Assembly: GCA_963782525.1 (NCBI GenBank)
Contig: CAWAKC010000010.1
Location: forward strand, 96,001 to 160,000
Length of the DNA: 64,000 nucleotides
Reading direction: 5' to 3'
DNA from: Candidatus Bathyarchaeota archaeon
GTDB taxonomy: Archaea > Thermoproteota > Bathyarchaeia > Bathyarchaeales > Bathycorpusculaceae
Numbering within the stretch: the stretch's first letter is position 1; each line of letters opens with the position of its first letter. The notes under the pieces were generated by a model. It had not been told where the DNA came from and searched no databases. It saw only the letters and a list, made by a program, of their open reading frames with translations. The position numbers and the translations under genes are program-made. Shown here piece after piece: positions 9,982 through 20,280 of the stretch.

Positions 9982-11007
9982 TTGATGGGAAAATGGCTTG
10001 AAAAATATGCAGGTTCCTGGAAATTTTGGATTTTAATCGTCGCATGCACCTATTTAGCATACGCCCTCTACTACGCCGCAAGCGGAATGCGTGACAGCAT
10101 AGGCATGATCTCTAACCAGTACATTTACTCTTCACTATCGGCTAACCCTTGGTGGTGGCTAGTTCTCTTCTACAGTAGTGAAGGCGTGGCTGGTTCGATA
10201 GCGATTATTGTTCGAGCAATAGCCGGAGCTTTAGCTGTTTATGGCACATTTCTATTTTGGAGAAAAAAAGAAACAGCAATGCCCCGATTACGAAAAAGCG
10301 TCAGCGCCGTTCTGCTACTCGAAGCTGTTTTCTTTTGGACTTTGATAGCTTCGATAATCGCTGCTGCAGCCTACAATATAGCATATGACCCGAGCTTATT
10401 TTATTTCGGCCATACTCCAGAACTGCTCCTGCTCTACGTTACATTGATTCCGTGCCTTGCGATTGTTCTAGTGGTTCCCCCGCTTCTACTCAAACTCCGA
10501 GCATCCATCAACCAGGGAGCCTCCACTCAAGAAATTCTTAAATGGGTCAGTTTAACAGGGCTTGGATACTTGTTTGTGGTTTTCTGGTTCAACTTTTCCA
10601 TGATGTGGACGGGTATAACAGTTCCATATACAAAGGTCTATGAACAGTTTGGATTTGCTTTTGTTATGCAGCCTGCTAACCTGTTCAGTTTTTGCCTTAC
10701 CTTATTTGGCCTACTCGCCGTGGCAGTAACAGCATTAACGACTGCTCTGCCGCTAATCAAAAAACAGACGACGAAAATAAATTTGACACGTGTTGGCTTG
10801 GTTTTAGTGGGGTTAGGCAGCTACTTTGTCATAACCACCATCTACTACTACCTAACAGGAGGCTACAATGCCCACCCGAGCGTCTGGTATGAGGTTATAG
10901 GCCCCCTGCATAATCCAAACCTGTGGGTGATAGCGTTTGTTTTCCTTGGCGTCCCCCTCATACTTTTAGGCAGAAACAAAAAGAACTCAATTCCCCATAA
11001 CTCATAA
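9982..11007 (+). CDS. Multi-pass membrane protein of unknown function
   Basis: 341 aa with about 8 hydrophobic segments. Confidence 0.75.
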   Translation: MMGKWLEKYAGSWKFWILIVACTYLAYALYYAASGMRDSIGMISNQYIYSSLSANPWWWLVLFYSSEGVAGSIAIIVRAIAGALAVYGTFLFWRKKETAMPRLRKSVSAVLLLEAVFFWTLIASIIAAAAYNIAYDPSLFYFGHTPELLLLYVTLIPCLAIVLVVPPLLLKLRASINQGASTQEILKWVSLTGLGYLFVVFWFNFSMMWTGITVPYTKVYEQFGFAFVMQPANLFSFCLTLFGLLAVAVTALTTALPLIKKQTTKINLTRVGLVLVGLGSYFVITTIYYYLTGGYNAHPSVWYEVIGPLHNPNLWVIAFVFLGVPLILLGRNKKNSIPHNS

Positions 11008-11255
11008 CCAGATCATACAATTTTTTTCTTCTCTGATTACCCTCTTGAGCTGAGGTTTAATTGAGGAAGCGCTGTAAACGGGTAAATTTGGATTCCATTT
11101 ACTTAGCGCTGTCTAATCTCAACTGAAAACAACATAATCTGAACCAAAACTTAAGACGCATTCATCCAGAGGATGCCGAAAAATGATAAATCTCAAATGT
11201 TAAGATTTTCAGCCTATACCCTATCTTTTATAAATATAAAAAAATAAGGTGCCAA

Positions 11256-11588
11256 CTAATCGGTGCCTAAAATTTTCACTTTCACGGATATTTCTTCGGA
11301 TATTTGATCTCGTGTTTTACCTTCAGTAGGGATTCCAAGTCTCTGAGTTGTTTCAAGCAACATTTCATCTTTAGACTTTATTGCAGATGCAGGTTTAGAT
11401 ACCACAGCAACAGTGTTTGTATTGGCCATAGTTGTGGCTGCGGCATCAGTGAATTCTTTCTGTGCTTTGGCAAATTCGCCTTTAGCTCTGCCTAAAGATT
11501 TAGCAAACTGTGGAATCTTTGCGGGACCCCACATGATGATAACGATTGCAACAACACCGATGATAATCCATTCCCATCCTTCAAGCAT
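11256..11588 (-). CDS. tatA: Twin-arginine translocase TatA/TatE subunit (copy 2)
   Basis: Near-identical N- and C-terminal regions to 4574-4915. Confidence 0.93.
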   Translation of the reverse strand: MLEGWEWIIIGVVAIVIIMWGPAKIPQFAKSLGRAKGEFAKAQKEFTDAAATTMANTNTVAVVSKPASAIKSKDEMLLETTQRLGIPTEGKTRDQISEEISVKVKILGTD

Positions 11589-11774
11589 TTAAAAAATACT
11601 CCAAAAGGTTTTTCTTAGCTAACTCTTAGGCGGTTGAATTCTTAAATATCTTTGTTGGTGTACGTCAAAAATCACGACCGCTTGCGAGCTAGCTGTTTCT
11701 ATTCTGTGAAGCAGATAAATATACGATTGTGTTATCTTTGAGAAAGAAAAAGTTCGCTTCCTGGAGAAAAATCA

Positions 11775-12992
11775 ATGAAGTATCTGCTCGTTGTCGGAGA
11801 TGGAATGGCTGATTACCCAGTGCCAGAATTGGAAAACAAGACACCGCTTCAAGTAGCCTACAAACCCAACATAGACTCAATAGCGGCAAGAGGCAGAAGC
11901 GGCTTAATCAAAAACGTGCCAGATGAGATGGCTCCAGGCTCAGAAACAGCAATTTGTTCAGTGTTAGGTTACGACCCACGCATTTATTGTACTGGTAGAG
12001 GACCGTTGGAAGCGCCTTCAAGAGGCATAAAATTGGGCGAAAACGACACTGCGTACAGATGCAACCTAATTACCGAGAAAGAAGGAAAAATCCTCGATTA
12101 TTCCGCTGGACATATAACCACTCAGGAAGCAACCCAGCTAATAGCAGCCATAAATGGTGCGTTAGGAAAAACAAACCAGATAGAATTCTATGCAGGTTTA
12201 GATTATCGGCATTTCTTGATTCTACGCAACTTCAGCGATTCAGAACAAATCCAGTGCATTCCACCCCATGATGCCATAGGACAAGCAGTTGCGGAAGTTT
12301 CTCCAAAAGCCAAATCGCCGAACGCTGAAAAATCAGCCAAACTACTGAGGGATTTAATTGAAGCGTCCAGAAAAATCCTGCAGTCACATTCCGTGAACGT
12401 TGCGCGAGAAAAAGCAGGGAAACGACCAGGAAACTTGATTTGGCCCTGGGGAGGAGGCAAAAAACCTTCCATGCCAACACTTAAAGAAAAGTATGGGCTG
12501 AAACAATCCGCTGTTATTTCCGCGGTTGATTTGGTGAAGGGCATTGGAACTTACGCTGGCATGGAAATCATTACTGTTGAGGGTGCAACGGGCTTAGATA
12601 ACACGAATTATGAAGGCAAAGCCGATGCAGCATTAAAAGCACTGAAGACAAACGACTTGGTTTTTGTGCATATTGAAGCACCCGACGAAGCCGGGCATTG
12701 TAAAGATTACAATTTGAAAGTCAAAACAATTGAGGATATAGATAAACGGATGCTCGGCAGGATTCTCAAAGGTTTAAGTGAACCTTACGCAGTTGCCATC
12801 TTGCCTGACCATCCAACACCCATCAAAATTGGAACACACACAAGGGAACCTGTACCTTTCGCAATTTCGTCGCCTTACCTGAAACCTGACGGCGTTAAAA
12901 AGTTTGATGAGTTCTCCGCAAAAAAAGGCGGTTACGGTTTAGTCGAGAATGAATACCTGATTTCTCTTCTTCTAAAGTCAGGCAAACCTTAG
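11775..12992 (+). CDS. apgM: Cofactor-independent phosphoglycerate mutase (ApgM family)
   Basis: GDGMAD, KTPL, PGSETA, GRGPLEA, HIEAPDEAGH, PDHPTP...HT motifs. Confidence 0.93.
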   Translation: MKYLLVVGDGMADYPVPELENKTPLQVAYKPNIDSIAARGRSGLIKNVPDEMAPGSETAICSVLGYDPRIYCTGRGPLEAPSRGIKLGENDTAYRCNLITEKEGKILDYSAGHITTQEATQLIAAINGALGKTNQIEFYAGLDYRHFLILRNFSDSEQIQCIPPHDAIGQAVAEVSPKAKSPNAEKSAKLLRDLIEASRKILQSHSVNVAREKAGKRPGNLIWPWGGGKKPSMPTLKEKYGLKQSAVISAVDLVKGIGTYAGMEIITVEGATGLDNTNYEGKADAALKALKTNDLVFVHIEAPDEAGHCKDYNLKVKTIEDIDKRMLGRILKGLSEPYAVAILPDHPTPIKIGTHTREPVPFAISSPYLKPDGVKKFDEFSAKKGGYGLVENEYLISLLLKSGKP

Positions 12993-12995
12993 CAT

Positions 12996-13313
12996 TTATT
13001 CGGTTTTTGGGCATTCCTTCGAATCGATGGCTTTTATGCGTTTAGTTATGGCAGTTTTTATTTCCGGATCATCTTCGCTGTGGACTGCGTCGACCAACAG
13101 TTTTTTGGCTGTGCAGAGGCTTTTTTCTCCGAAGAGTTTAGCGAATTTGCTGCTGCGTTTTTCTAGTATGCGGAAATATCTTGGTAGGACGCAGACGAAG
13201 TTTAAAGGGTATTTTTTGCTTTTGTCTAGGTCAACTACGACTAGTTGGATGCGGTTTAATTGTTGGCTTGAGTTTTTTATTGCGTATATTTTTAAGTTCA
13301 ATTTTCCCCTCAC
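12996..13313 (-). CDS. Hypothetical protein
   Basis: 105-aa basic ORF convergent with apgM; no motif recognised. Confidence 0.6.
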   Translation of the reverse strand: MRGKLNLKIYAIKNSSQQLNRIQLVVVDLDKSKKYPLNFVCVLPRYFRILEKRSSKFAKLFGEKSLCTAKKLLVDAVHSEDDPEIKTAITKRIKAIDSKECPKTE

Positions 13314-13444
13314 CCATGCCTAATTAGTAAATTTGTGGTGACTACAAGTTAAACTTCTTGTTATAACTTACCCTTGCCCTCTGATTCATATTAAACTTTT
13401 CCAAAAACACTCCCAAAAGCCCAAAAAAATTTCTACTCTTAACC

Positions 13445-14770
13445 TTAAGTCTGCGAAAAAATATTTCCATTCAAAACATTGTTCAAGAAACCGCTCTCTT
13501 CATTTACCCCGAACCTCTGTGTCCCAATTGCTTGATCATCAAAACATCTGTTATTATTTATCGTGTTGTTAGAAGAAGCAATGCATATCCCATCGAAGTT
13601 GCATGCCGATTTTTTTCCATTATCATAAACCACGTTTGAATCAATCAATGTATTTGTTGAGTTTTTGAAAAGGAAGATTCCGTCTTCCCAATTCCTAAAC
13701 ACAGAATTAGAAGAAATTACTGTGCCCCTCGTCAAAGAACCCATAACAGCTATACCAGCGCCTTCCCTAAAGATGGCTGAATTATTAACCACTGAATTAC
13801 CAATGATTTGGGTCTCTGCAGAATTACTTTCAACACCAATTCCAGCAGCTCCATTATTGAAAACAAAATTTCCAGAAACTACCGTGCCATTACTTTGCGC
13901 TACAGAAATTCCATCCACAACATTATCGTGACAAGTATTATTAAACACGAAATTTCCAACTGTCCCACCCGACTGCAAAGTTGCACCGATTTCTATGCCG
14001 TCTCCTAGAGTGCCCATTTGACCACTTCTAGACACAAAGTTGTTTCCAATCCTATTGTAATTTGACCCGTCAGAAACGGTAATTCCAGACCAATAAGTCA
14101 AATCTACCTTATTGTTTGTAATGGATGATTCAGTGGTGTTCCAAACGGCAATACCGAAACCATACCGCGCAGCATTGATAGAATTGTTATCTATTGTGAT
14201 GTTGGATGAATAGAGGGTCGTAATTCCATTATAGTATGTGTTGCTTATTTCACAATTTTCAATAAGGATATTCTGGCTTTTTGTCACGTATATCCCAGAC
14301 GTTTTATTTCCTAATTCAACATTGATTTGCAAATTGCGAATTGACCAACCGTTTACCCCTGAAACGGTAAACGCGCTGATGGCTGAGCTCGAAATAAGGA
14401 GTACAGTATCGGTTCCTTGCCCTTCGATAAAGACGTTGTTAGCTTGCTTGGTTATCGTGTTTGTTAAAGCAAATATTCCTGCTCCAAGAACTATGTGCGA
14501 ATCATTGTTAATCAGGGAATTTATCGTATAACTTACATTTGTCGACGAAAAAATTATTGTGTCATCTGTTTTGTTTATTGCTTGATATCCATCGAAACCA
14601 TCCGGTTGAACCAAAAAAGTTGTTCCGTCAAAATCGAGCGCTCTCACTATCGTTTCTTGAGAACTTAAGTTAGGTGTCGCAGCCGAACCTTCAACCGATA
14701 TAAGAGTCGGTATAATGACAACGATTGTAAGTGCGAGGCATGCGATGACGAAAATTGCCTTAGGTTTCAT
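13445..14770 (-). CDS. Secreted right-handed parallel beta-helix protein (NosD/pectin-lyase-like)
   Basis: Signal/anchor peptide; repeated I..N...N...GI motifs; IEGQGTDTVL. Confidence 0.85.
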   Translation of the reverse strand: MKPKAIFVIACLALTIVVIIPTLISVEGSAATPNLSSQETIVRALDFDGTTFLVQPDGFDGYQAINKTDDTIIFSSTNVSYTINSLINNDSHIVLGAGIFALTNTITKQANNVFIEGQGTDTVLLISSSAISAFTVSGVNGWSIRNLQINVELGNKTSGIYVTKSQNILIENCEISNTYYNGITTLYSSNITIDNNSINAARYGFGIAVWNTTESSITNNKVDLTYWSGITVSDGSNYNRIGNNFVSRSGQMGTLGDGIEIGATLQSGGTVGNFVFNNTCHDNVVDGISVAQSNGTVVSGNFVFNNGAAGIGVESNSAETQIIGNSVVNNSAIFREGAGIAVMGSLTRGTVISSNSVFRNWEDGIFLFKNSTNTLIDSNVVYDNGKKSACNFDGICIASSNNTINNNRCFDDQAIGTQRFGVNEESGFLNNVLNGNIFSQT

Positions 14771-14921
14771 TGATGATCTAGGCGTATTGCGTATTAAGTA
14801 TTAATAAATGCTGTGCGTTTGAAATAAGTATCGAAATTATAGAAAACTCCCAAAAAGCTCTCACAAAAAGTCCAGATTATCGACGGAAAGATCCAAGAAA
14901 TTTGAGAAAATTTCAAAAATT

Positions 14922-15521
14922 TTATTCAGTGGTATGCATTTGCCGTTTCCCCACTACCTTTGCAGGGTTTCCTGCCACAATTTCATACGGGTTAACGCTT
15001 TTTGTAACCACGGCTCCCGCTCCAATTATAGCGTGATGCCCAATGGTTACTCCCTTCAAAATAATGGCTCGACAACATATCCACGCGTAATCTTCTATCA
15101 CAACAGGCTTAATCTGTTCTTCTAAACCGTCAACAGGATGGAAATCCCTATCCATAATTACCACATCCCAAGCTATCAAAACCCGCTTTCCGATATCGAC
15201 AAATTCACCTGCTCGAATTTGCGTGTTATTCCCTATTTGAGTTTCCTGCCCAATTCGCAGGTAACTTTTTTTTCGAATTCCTTCACACCAAAGTTTTATG
15301 TTTGGATACAAAAGAACAAAATTTTCAAAATCAATAACTCCATTGTAAATTTTTAAATCTAAACCCCGACCAACACAAACAAATGCCTTCTTTTTAAATT
15401 TTAAACTTATTAAAGTTCCACGGAAATATCCAAAGGTAATAGAAATTCGTTCTCTGACTCCTCTGTATTTACGAATGTTCTTAACGTAAAGTCTGTAAAG
15501 GAAAAGTAAACGATTAGGCAC
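14922..15521 (-). CDS. Hexapeptide-repeat sugar O-acyltransferase
   Basis: DRDFHP, PVVIEDYAWI, GVTIGHHAIIGAGAVVTK, VAGNPAKV. Confidence 0.9.
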   Translation of the reverse strand: MPNRLLFLYRLYVKNIRKYRGVRERISITFGYFRGTLISLKFKKKAFVCVGRGLDLKIYNGVIDFENFVLLYPNIKLWCEGIRKKSYLRIGQETQIGNNTQIRAGEFVDIGKRVLIAWDVVIMDRDFHPVDGLEEQIKPVVIEDYAWICCRAIILKGVTIGHHAIIGAGAVVTKSVNPYEIVAGNPAKVVGKRQMHTTE

Positions 15522-16598
15522 TCATTTCATCCTCTCAAAAAGATCCTCATATTTTTTCACAATATGTTCCCAATCAAAATGTTTTATGCATTTTAAACTC
15601 TTCTTGCGCAAGCCTTCTGCGAGCTTCTCGTCAGATAAAACGTGCACCAACTCATTTGCCAAAGCTGATGGGTCGTTAGGTGGGACCAGAAGGGCTGAAT
15701 CTCCTACTACCTCCGGAATTCCACCAACTCTGGTTGTAACAATGGGAAGCCCATAAGCCATCGCTTCAAGGTAAACAACCCCAAAACTTTCTGTTCGTGG
15801 AGAAATACAGAGTAAGCTACAGTTTTTTAAGAGTTGAGATTTTGTGGGGTTAGTAATCGGTCCTTTAAATTCAACGTTTCTGCTAATTTTCAGTTTCTTT
15901 GTGAGATCTTTCAGCATCTTTTCATCTTTTCCATCGCCCGCAAACCACAATTTAACACCTGGAACTTTGGAAATAACTTTTGGCATAGCTTGAAGAAGGA
16001 TATCTTGGCCTTTATGAGCTGTATCCAATCTTGCCAAGCACAAAATAATCTTACTTGGAAAATCTACTTTTGGTACGTTAAGCGGTGGCAGAGTAATTCC
16101 GTTAGGAATTAAGCTAATTTTCTCAGGACTCACACCTCTTTTTGTCAGATGTTGCTTTTCCAATTTCGTCGTGGCGACAACATGGTCACATAATCTTAGT
16201 GGAATACTTCTTGAAAGATCTCCAAATGGATAGATTTTGGCAGTCGGATCACTGTGAGTTGTTATTAGTGTAGGTTTGTTGGAAAAAACTGAAGCATATG
16301 TTGGAAAAAAACCGTAGGCATGCGCATGGACAACATCTGCATCGTTTTTTATAGCTGATAACAACATTTTTGGCGATATTCTTCCAACGTCATATTTTAG
16401 TTTAATAAGTCTAAAGTTAAAAATGCGATGAATCTTGACTCCGTCTATAACTTCATTTTTTGTTGTGCCTTTCTCTCTTCCGCAAATTACTTCGACTTCG
16501 AACCCATCCCTTACTAAGCGTTTACAAATTTCATGAGTGTTAACCTCAACTCCTCCAAGGAAAGGCAAATAGTGTTCAGTCAGTTGAAGTATTTTCAT
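15522..16598 (-). CDS. Glycosyltransferase family 4
   Basis: GGVE, VVHAH, IPNGI, KGQDILL, ESFGVVYLEAMAYGLPIV. Confidence 0.93.
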   Translation of the reverse strand: MKILQLTEHYLPFLGGVEVNTHEICKRLVRDGFEVEVICGREKGTTKNEVIDGVKIHRIFNFRLIKLKYDVGRISPKMLLSAIKNDADVVHAHAYGFFPTYASVFSNKPTLITTHSDPTAKIYPFGDLSRSIPLRLCDHVVATTKLEKQHLTKRGVSPEKISLIPNGITLPPLNVPKVDFPSKIILCLARLDTAHKGQDILLQAMPKVISKVPGVKLWFAGDGKDEKMLKDLTKKLKISRNVEFKGPITNPTKSQLLKNCSLLCISPRTESFGVVYLEAMAYGLPIVTTRVGGIPEVVGDSALLVPPNDPSALANELVHVLSDEKLAEGLRKKSLKCIKHFDWEHIVKKYEDLFERMK

Positions 16599-16622
16599 TT
16601 TTATGGCACCCCAGCCAATTTT

Positions 16623-18122
16623 TTAAACCGGGATAGAGACGTAATAAATTTCTATCTCCTTGATTGATTGTCCATAGAAAACAGCCATACAAGTTCCATT
16701 TTCTAGAATGTAATTCAAAGTGGAATTGTCAGCTAAATATGCCCATCTGGGAGAAGTAATGAAGTAGTGTATACCTTGCCCTTGGATAGAGTTTAAGGTA
16801 GGATAGGATTCCTTATTTACGATCTGATAGTTGGTAGACAAGAATTGATATGTATATTGTGGAACCCAAATCTTTTCGCCGTTTGAAATGTTTGTCTGGA
16901 CCCAATTAATTGATTGACTTACTGCAGTGTCATTGCCGCCATCGACAAATACCCAGACCATTGTATTGTAACCAATTACGACGAAGAGCAGCATTAACCA
17001 TGCAAATAACACTTTCTTGTTTCGGTAAATTTGTTTAAACGCAAATTTAGAAATAATGTAGCCTGCGATGATTGCCGCAGGTATAGTAATATAAATAAAA
17101 AATTGTGAATTGTGGGCTCCAATGGCGCCGAAGAAGATCACCGCGCCTATAAACCAAGAAGTCAGCAGTAGAGTAAATTTGTTTCTTTCTCTTGTTAAGA
17201 AGTAAGCTGAAGCGAGGGTGGCGATTCCAATCAAAATGTAAGTGATGAGGTACATGTTGACTGTTGAAATTAAATCCGTAGTGAAAGCCGAATAACCTGG
17301 GGTGGTGTACCCTTGATCTCTGACAATCCAAAGTGCTCGTTCCAAAAGGTAATACTTGGTTCGTAAGAAAGTTGAAGCGTCAATTGAGAGCGCCCATATA
17401 ATGTATCCAAGGTACATGATGAGGCCGGTTGCTATGAACGTAAGTGGTCCTTTAATCTTGATTTTTGTTTTTGCTGCAAACTTGGTAAGCCACCAATACA
17501 TGGCAATTATGACTATAACAAAGAGGGCTAATTCTTTGGTTAGCATCGCCAAACCGAAGAATATTCCACCTATGACATAATTCTTTAGATTATTTTCGGA
17601 ATTTGCTCTTGCAAAAAAGACCAAAGCGACTATTGCAAACAGCATTACAAGAGACTCTAAGAGGCCTATTCTGCTATACTTTAAGGCGTACGGTTCAAGC
17701 ATCAACACAAATGCTGTTGCAGCACCAACTCTAATTTCACTAATTTTAGTAATCCATATGAACACCACAACCACAGCCAACGAAGCGTACAAACAGGATG
17801 TCAACCTGGCAGTGAACACGTTGGATAGAGTTAGCTCACTGATTCCTGTTAATTGGAAGAAAATACTTTGTAAGGCATAAAATAATGGTGGGTGAATAAA
17901 CCATGGAGAATTAAGCTCAACTAGATGACCGAATTGTGGTAGCTTCAGGGCCACATTAGTATACAGGACTTCGTCGCCGAATATGTCTGGACTTGAAGAA
18001 AGTCCGTACACTCTTAGAGCGAAAGCTAAAACAAATAAGGTGACGCTAAATAATACGATTAGCTGATTTTTAACTAAAATTTCTTTAAAGTTACTCCTGC
18101 GATCACCGATCGATTCTTTCAA
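16623..18122 (-). CDS. GT-C fold glycosyltransferase (ArnT/PMT, GT39/83-like)
   Basis: Multi-TM; DEVLY, HPPLFY, GLAMLTKE motifs. Confidence 0.88.
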   Translation of the reverse strand: MKESIGDRRSNFKEILVKNQLIVLFSVTLFVLAFALRVYGLSSSPDIFGDEVLYTNVALKLPQFGHLVELNSPWFIHPPLFYALQSIFFQLTGISELTLSNVFTARLTSCLYASLAVVVVFIWITKISEIRVGAATAFVLMLEPYALKYSRIGLLESLVMLFAIVALVFFARANSENNLKNYVIGGIFFGLAMLTKELALFVIVIIAMYWWLTKFAAKTKIKIKGPLTFIATGLIMYLGYIIWALSIDASTFLRTKYYLLERALWIVRDQGYTTPGYSAFTTDLISTVNMYLITYILIGIATLASAYFLTRERNKFTLLLTSWFIGAVIFFGAIGAHNSQFFIYITIPAAIIAGYIISKFAFKQIYRNKKVLFAWLMLLFVVIGYNTMVWVFVDGGNDTAVSQSINWVQTNISNGEKIWVPQYTYQFLSTNYQIVNKESYPTLNSIQGQGIHYFITSPRWAYLADNSTLNYILENGTCMAVFYGQSIKEIEIYYVSIPV

Positions 18123-19054
18123 GTTTCGTAGCCGTCCTCGATTTTTTTGGTAGATTTAGCAACTGTCCAGACAGTGTGATTCTTCTTTAATGCTAAATCA
18201 AAAATTGCCAGAGTATTAACCAACCCTTCGATGAAAATGACCACAGACAATTTTATGGTGTCACGGGGGCGTTCTTTTATTTCTTCTTTGAGAACGTTGA
18301 AGCTTTTCGCCGGATCTTTGAGCATCATGTTCTCAACTGTTTTAGGATAGTCATTTGTGCATTGTTTCACGCGAAAATGGCCGTATACTACTCGGCGCCT
18401 TTGTCGAATATAATCGGAGATGTTGGTTGGAGCTTTGATGTATACTTTGGCTTCGTCACAGTACTTTACTTTGTTGCCCTTCATCGAAGCTTCAACTGAT
18501 ATGTATGCGTCGTCGTTTACCACGTCGATTGGGATTTTCTCTACAACGCCGTGTCTGAGAACCATGAATTCTCCAGAAGCATGGTTACCCAAATTCAAAT
18601 CGTCCAGGTACTTTAGTGTCCTATTGTGTATTCGCCACATCAAGTGACTCATGTAACCAGAAAATCCATCTTCAGTATTAGTCGGCACTGGACTTCCGCC
18701 CAATACGCCTATGCGGGAGTCCTCAGAAATTTTCTTAACCATAAAAGATAATGTTTCCTTGGCTGGAATAACATCTGCAGGTATCAGGAAAACATACTCG
18801 CCTTTGTGATTTTCAAGAATCTTGTTAATTGCAGAGGATTTTCCAACGCGTTCTTCTTCAATTATTAGGCGTATTCGTTTGTCTTTTTCTGCGAATCGCT
18901 TTACAACTTGGGGTGTTGAATCAGTGCAGCCAGAACATACAACTAAGATTTCGCTGTCTTCGTTGAGGTTTTGCTCTGTGAGCAAGTTATTTAGCAGGGA
19001 CCCAATATTTTGCTGCTCATTATAGGCACAAATGCCGATGCTGATTTTAGTCAA
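18119..19054 (-). CDS. Glycosyltransferase family 2
   Basis: GICAYNE, GKSSAIN, VNDD, QRRRV (QxxRW-like) motifs. Confidence 0.9.
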   Translation of the reverse strand: MTKISIGICAYNEQQNIGSLLNNLLTEQNLNEDSEILVVCSGCTDSTPQVVKRFAEKDKRIRLIIEEERVGKSSAINKILENHKGEYVFLIPADVIPAKETLSFMVKKISEDSRIGVLGGSPVPTNTEDGFSGYMSHLMWRIHNRTLKYLDDLNLGNHASGEFMVLRHGVVEKIPIDVVNDDAYISVEASMKGNKVKYCDEAKVYIKAPTNISDYIRQRRRVVYGHFRVKQCTNDYPKTVENMMLKDPAKSFNVLKEEIKERPRDTIKLSVVIFIEGLVNTLAIFDLALKKNHTVWTVAKSTKKIEDGYET

Positions 19055-19862
19055 CTTTTACCCTCCTGAAACTGAGAGAAACCATCGCTACAGCAAAACT
19101 GAATGTTTCTTTGGTTCCCAGTTTTGATTTGGCTTCTTTGCGTTCATTGAAGGTTATGGGGACCTCTTTTACTTTGAATCCAAACTTAGCTGCAAGGTAC
19201 AGAATCTTAATTTGGAAGGCGTATCCATTCAGTTTAGATTGGGTAATTATTTTTTCGAATGCACCCTTGGAATAAACTCTGAAGCCTGAGGTGACATCTT
19301 TTGGTTTTAATCCGAGGACAGCGCGGGCGAAGCGGTTTGCTCCCCAGCTTATGAGTTTTCGTCGCCAATTCCAGCCGACTATGTTTCCTCCTTGGATGTA
19401 GCTGCTGCCTATGACGATGTCATCTTGGTTTAGGCTTTGGAGTAGCTTTGTTATTTCTTGAGGGTTGTGGCTCATGTCTGCGTCCATTTCAACGATACGC
19501 TCGTATGATGATGCGCTAAAGCCGTCCCTATAGGCCGAACCTAAAACCATCTTACTTGACCTAACTATGAGCTTGGTTTTGGCATAATCTTTGGTGAGTT
19601 GTCTAACCATGCCAGCGGTGCCGTCTGGGCTGTTGTCGTCAATAACAACGACTTCAAAGGTAAAACCTGTCAGGTTCTTGTTAATCGATTCGATTAGATC
19701 TGTAATGTTATTTTTTTCCATGTACGTTGGAACTAGTACGCTGACTGTTTGCAAACTTTTAGCGGGCGGTATCCTACCTAACATGGTATTTTCCTCATTC
19801 TTTGAGTGCCAAAAGATTAGAACTGCATATTGATTGGTAGAGATGTCTCTTGGAATCATCAT
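19047..19862 (-). CDS. Polyprenol-phosphate mannose synthase-like GT2 (possibly degenerate)
   Basis: VPTYME, IDDNSPDGT, MDADMSHNP, DVTSGFRVY. True start is likely near 19783 or later. Confidence 0.85.
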   Translation of the reverse strand: MMIPRDISTNQYAVLIFWHSKNEENTMLGRIPPAKSLQTVSVLVPTYMEKNNITDLIESINKNLTGFTFEVVVIDDNSPDGTAGMVRQLTKDYAKTKLIVRSSKMVLGSAYRDGFSASSYERIVEMDADMSHNPQEITKLLQSLNQDDIVIGSSYIQGGNIVGWNWRRKLISWGANRFARAVLGLKPKDVTSGFRVYSKGAFEKIITQSKLNGYAFQIKILYLAAKFGFKVKEVPITFNERKEAKSKLGTKETFSFAVAMVSLSFRRVKVD

Positions 19863-20280
19863 CTGGCACAGTAACTACTGCTTGATAGTCTGCTTTGTAC
19901 TTTCCAATTCTCCTCTAAAGACAACCAACTTAGCGCTTAATAGGTAAATCATTTGGCAAGTTAGTGTTGTTGTCATGTTATATATAAAATCTATTCCTAG
20001 AGACAATATTGTACATTACCCAAAATTTTATCTTTTTGTTTTTCATCTCCGTCCAATTTTTTTATGAAAACCTTAATGATTCAATTAGGGTTAATTTACG
20101 AATTAATTTTAGAGTCTATTGATGAGCTATTCCTTAGAGTCAATTAGCCCTGATCCGCACAAACTTTTTTCGACAACTCTTTGATCAAACCGACGTTTAT
20201 CTTGTAAACACAACGGCAGATACCCATTGGAACCAAGAGGAAATTTGAACGGTGCTTTCCTTTAAAAAATAGATATATTA

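Noticed and set aside
6205-11206. Similar ATCTTAACATTT..AGAT motifs at 6205 and (inverted) 11190
   Set aside because: They are short, AT-rich and differ in spacing, so chance cannot be excluded.
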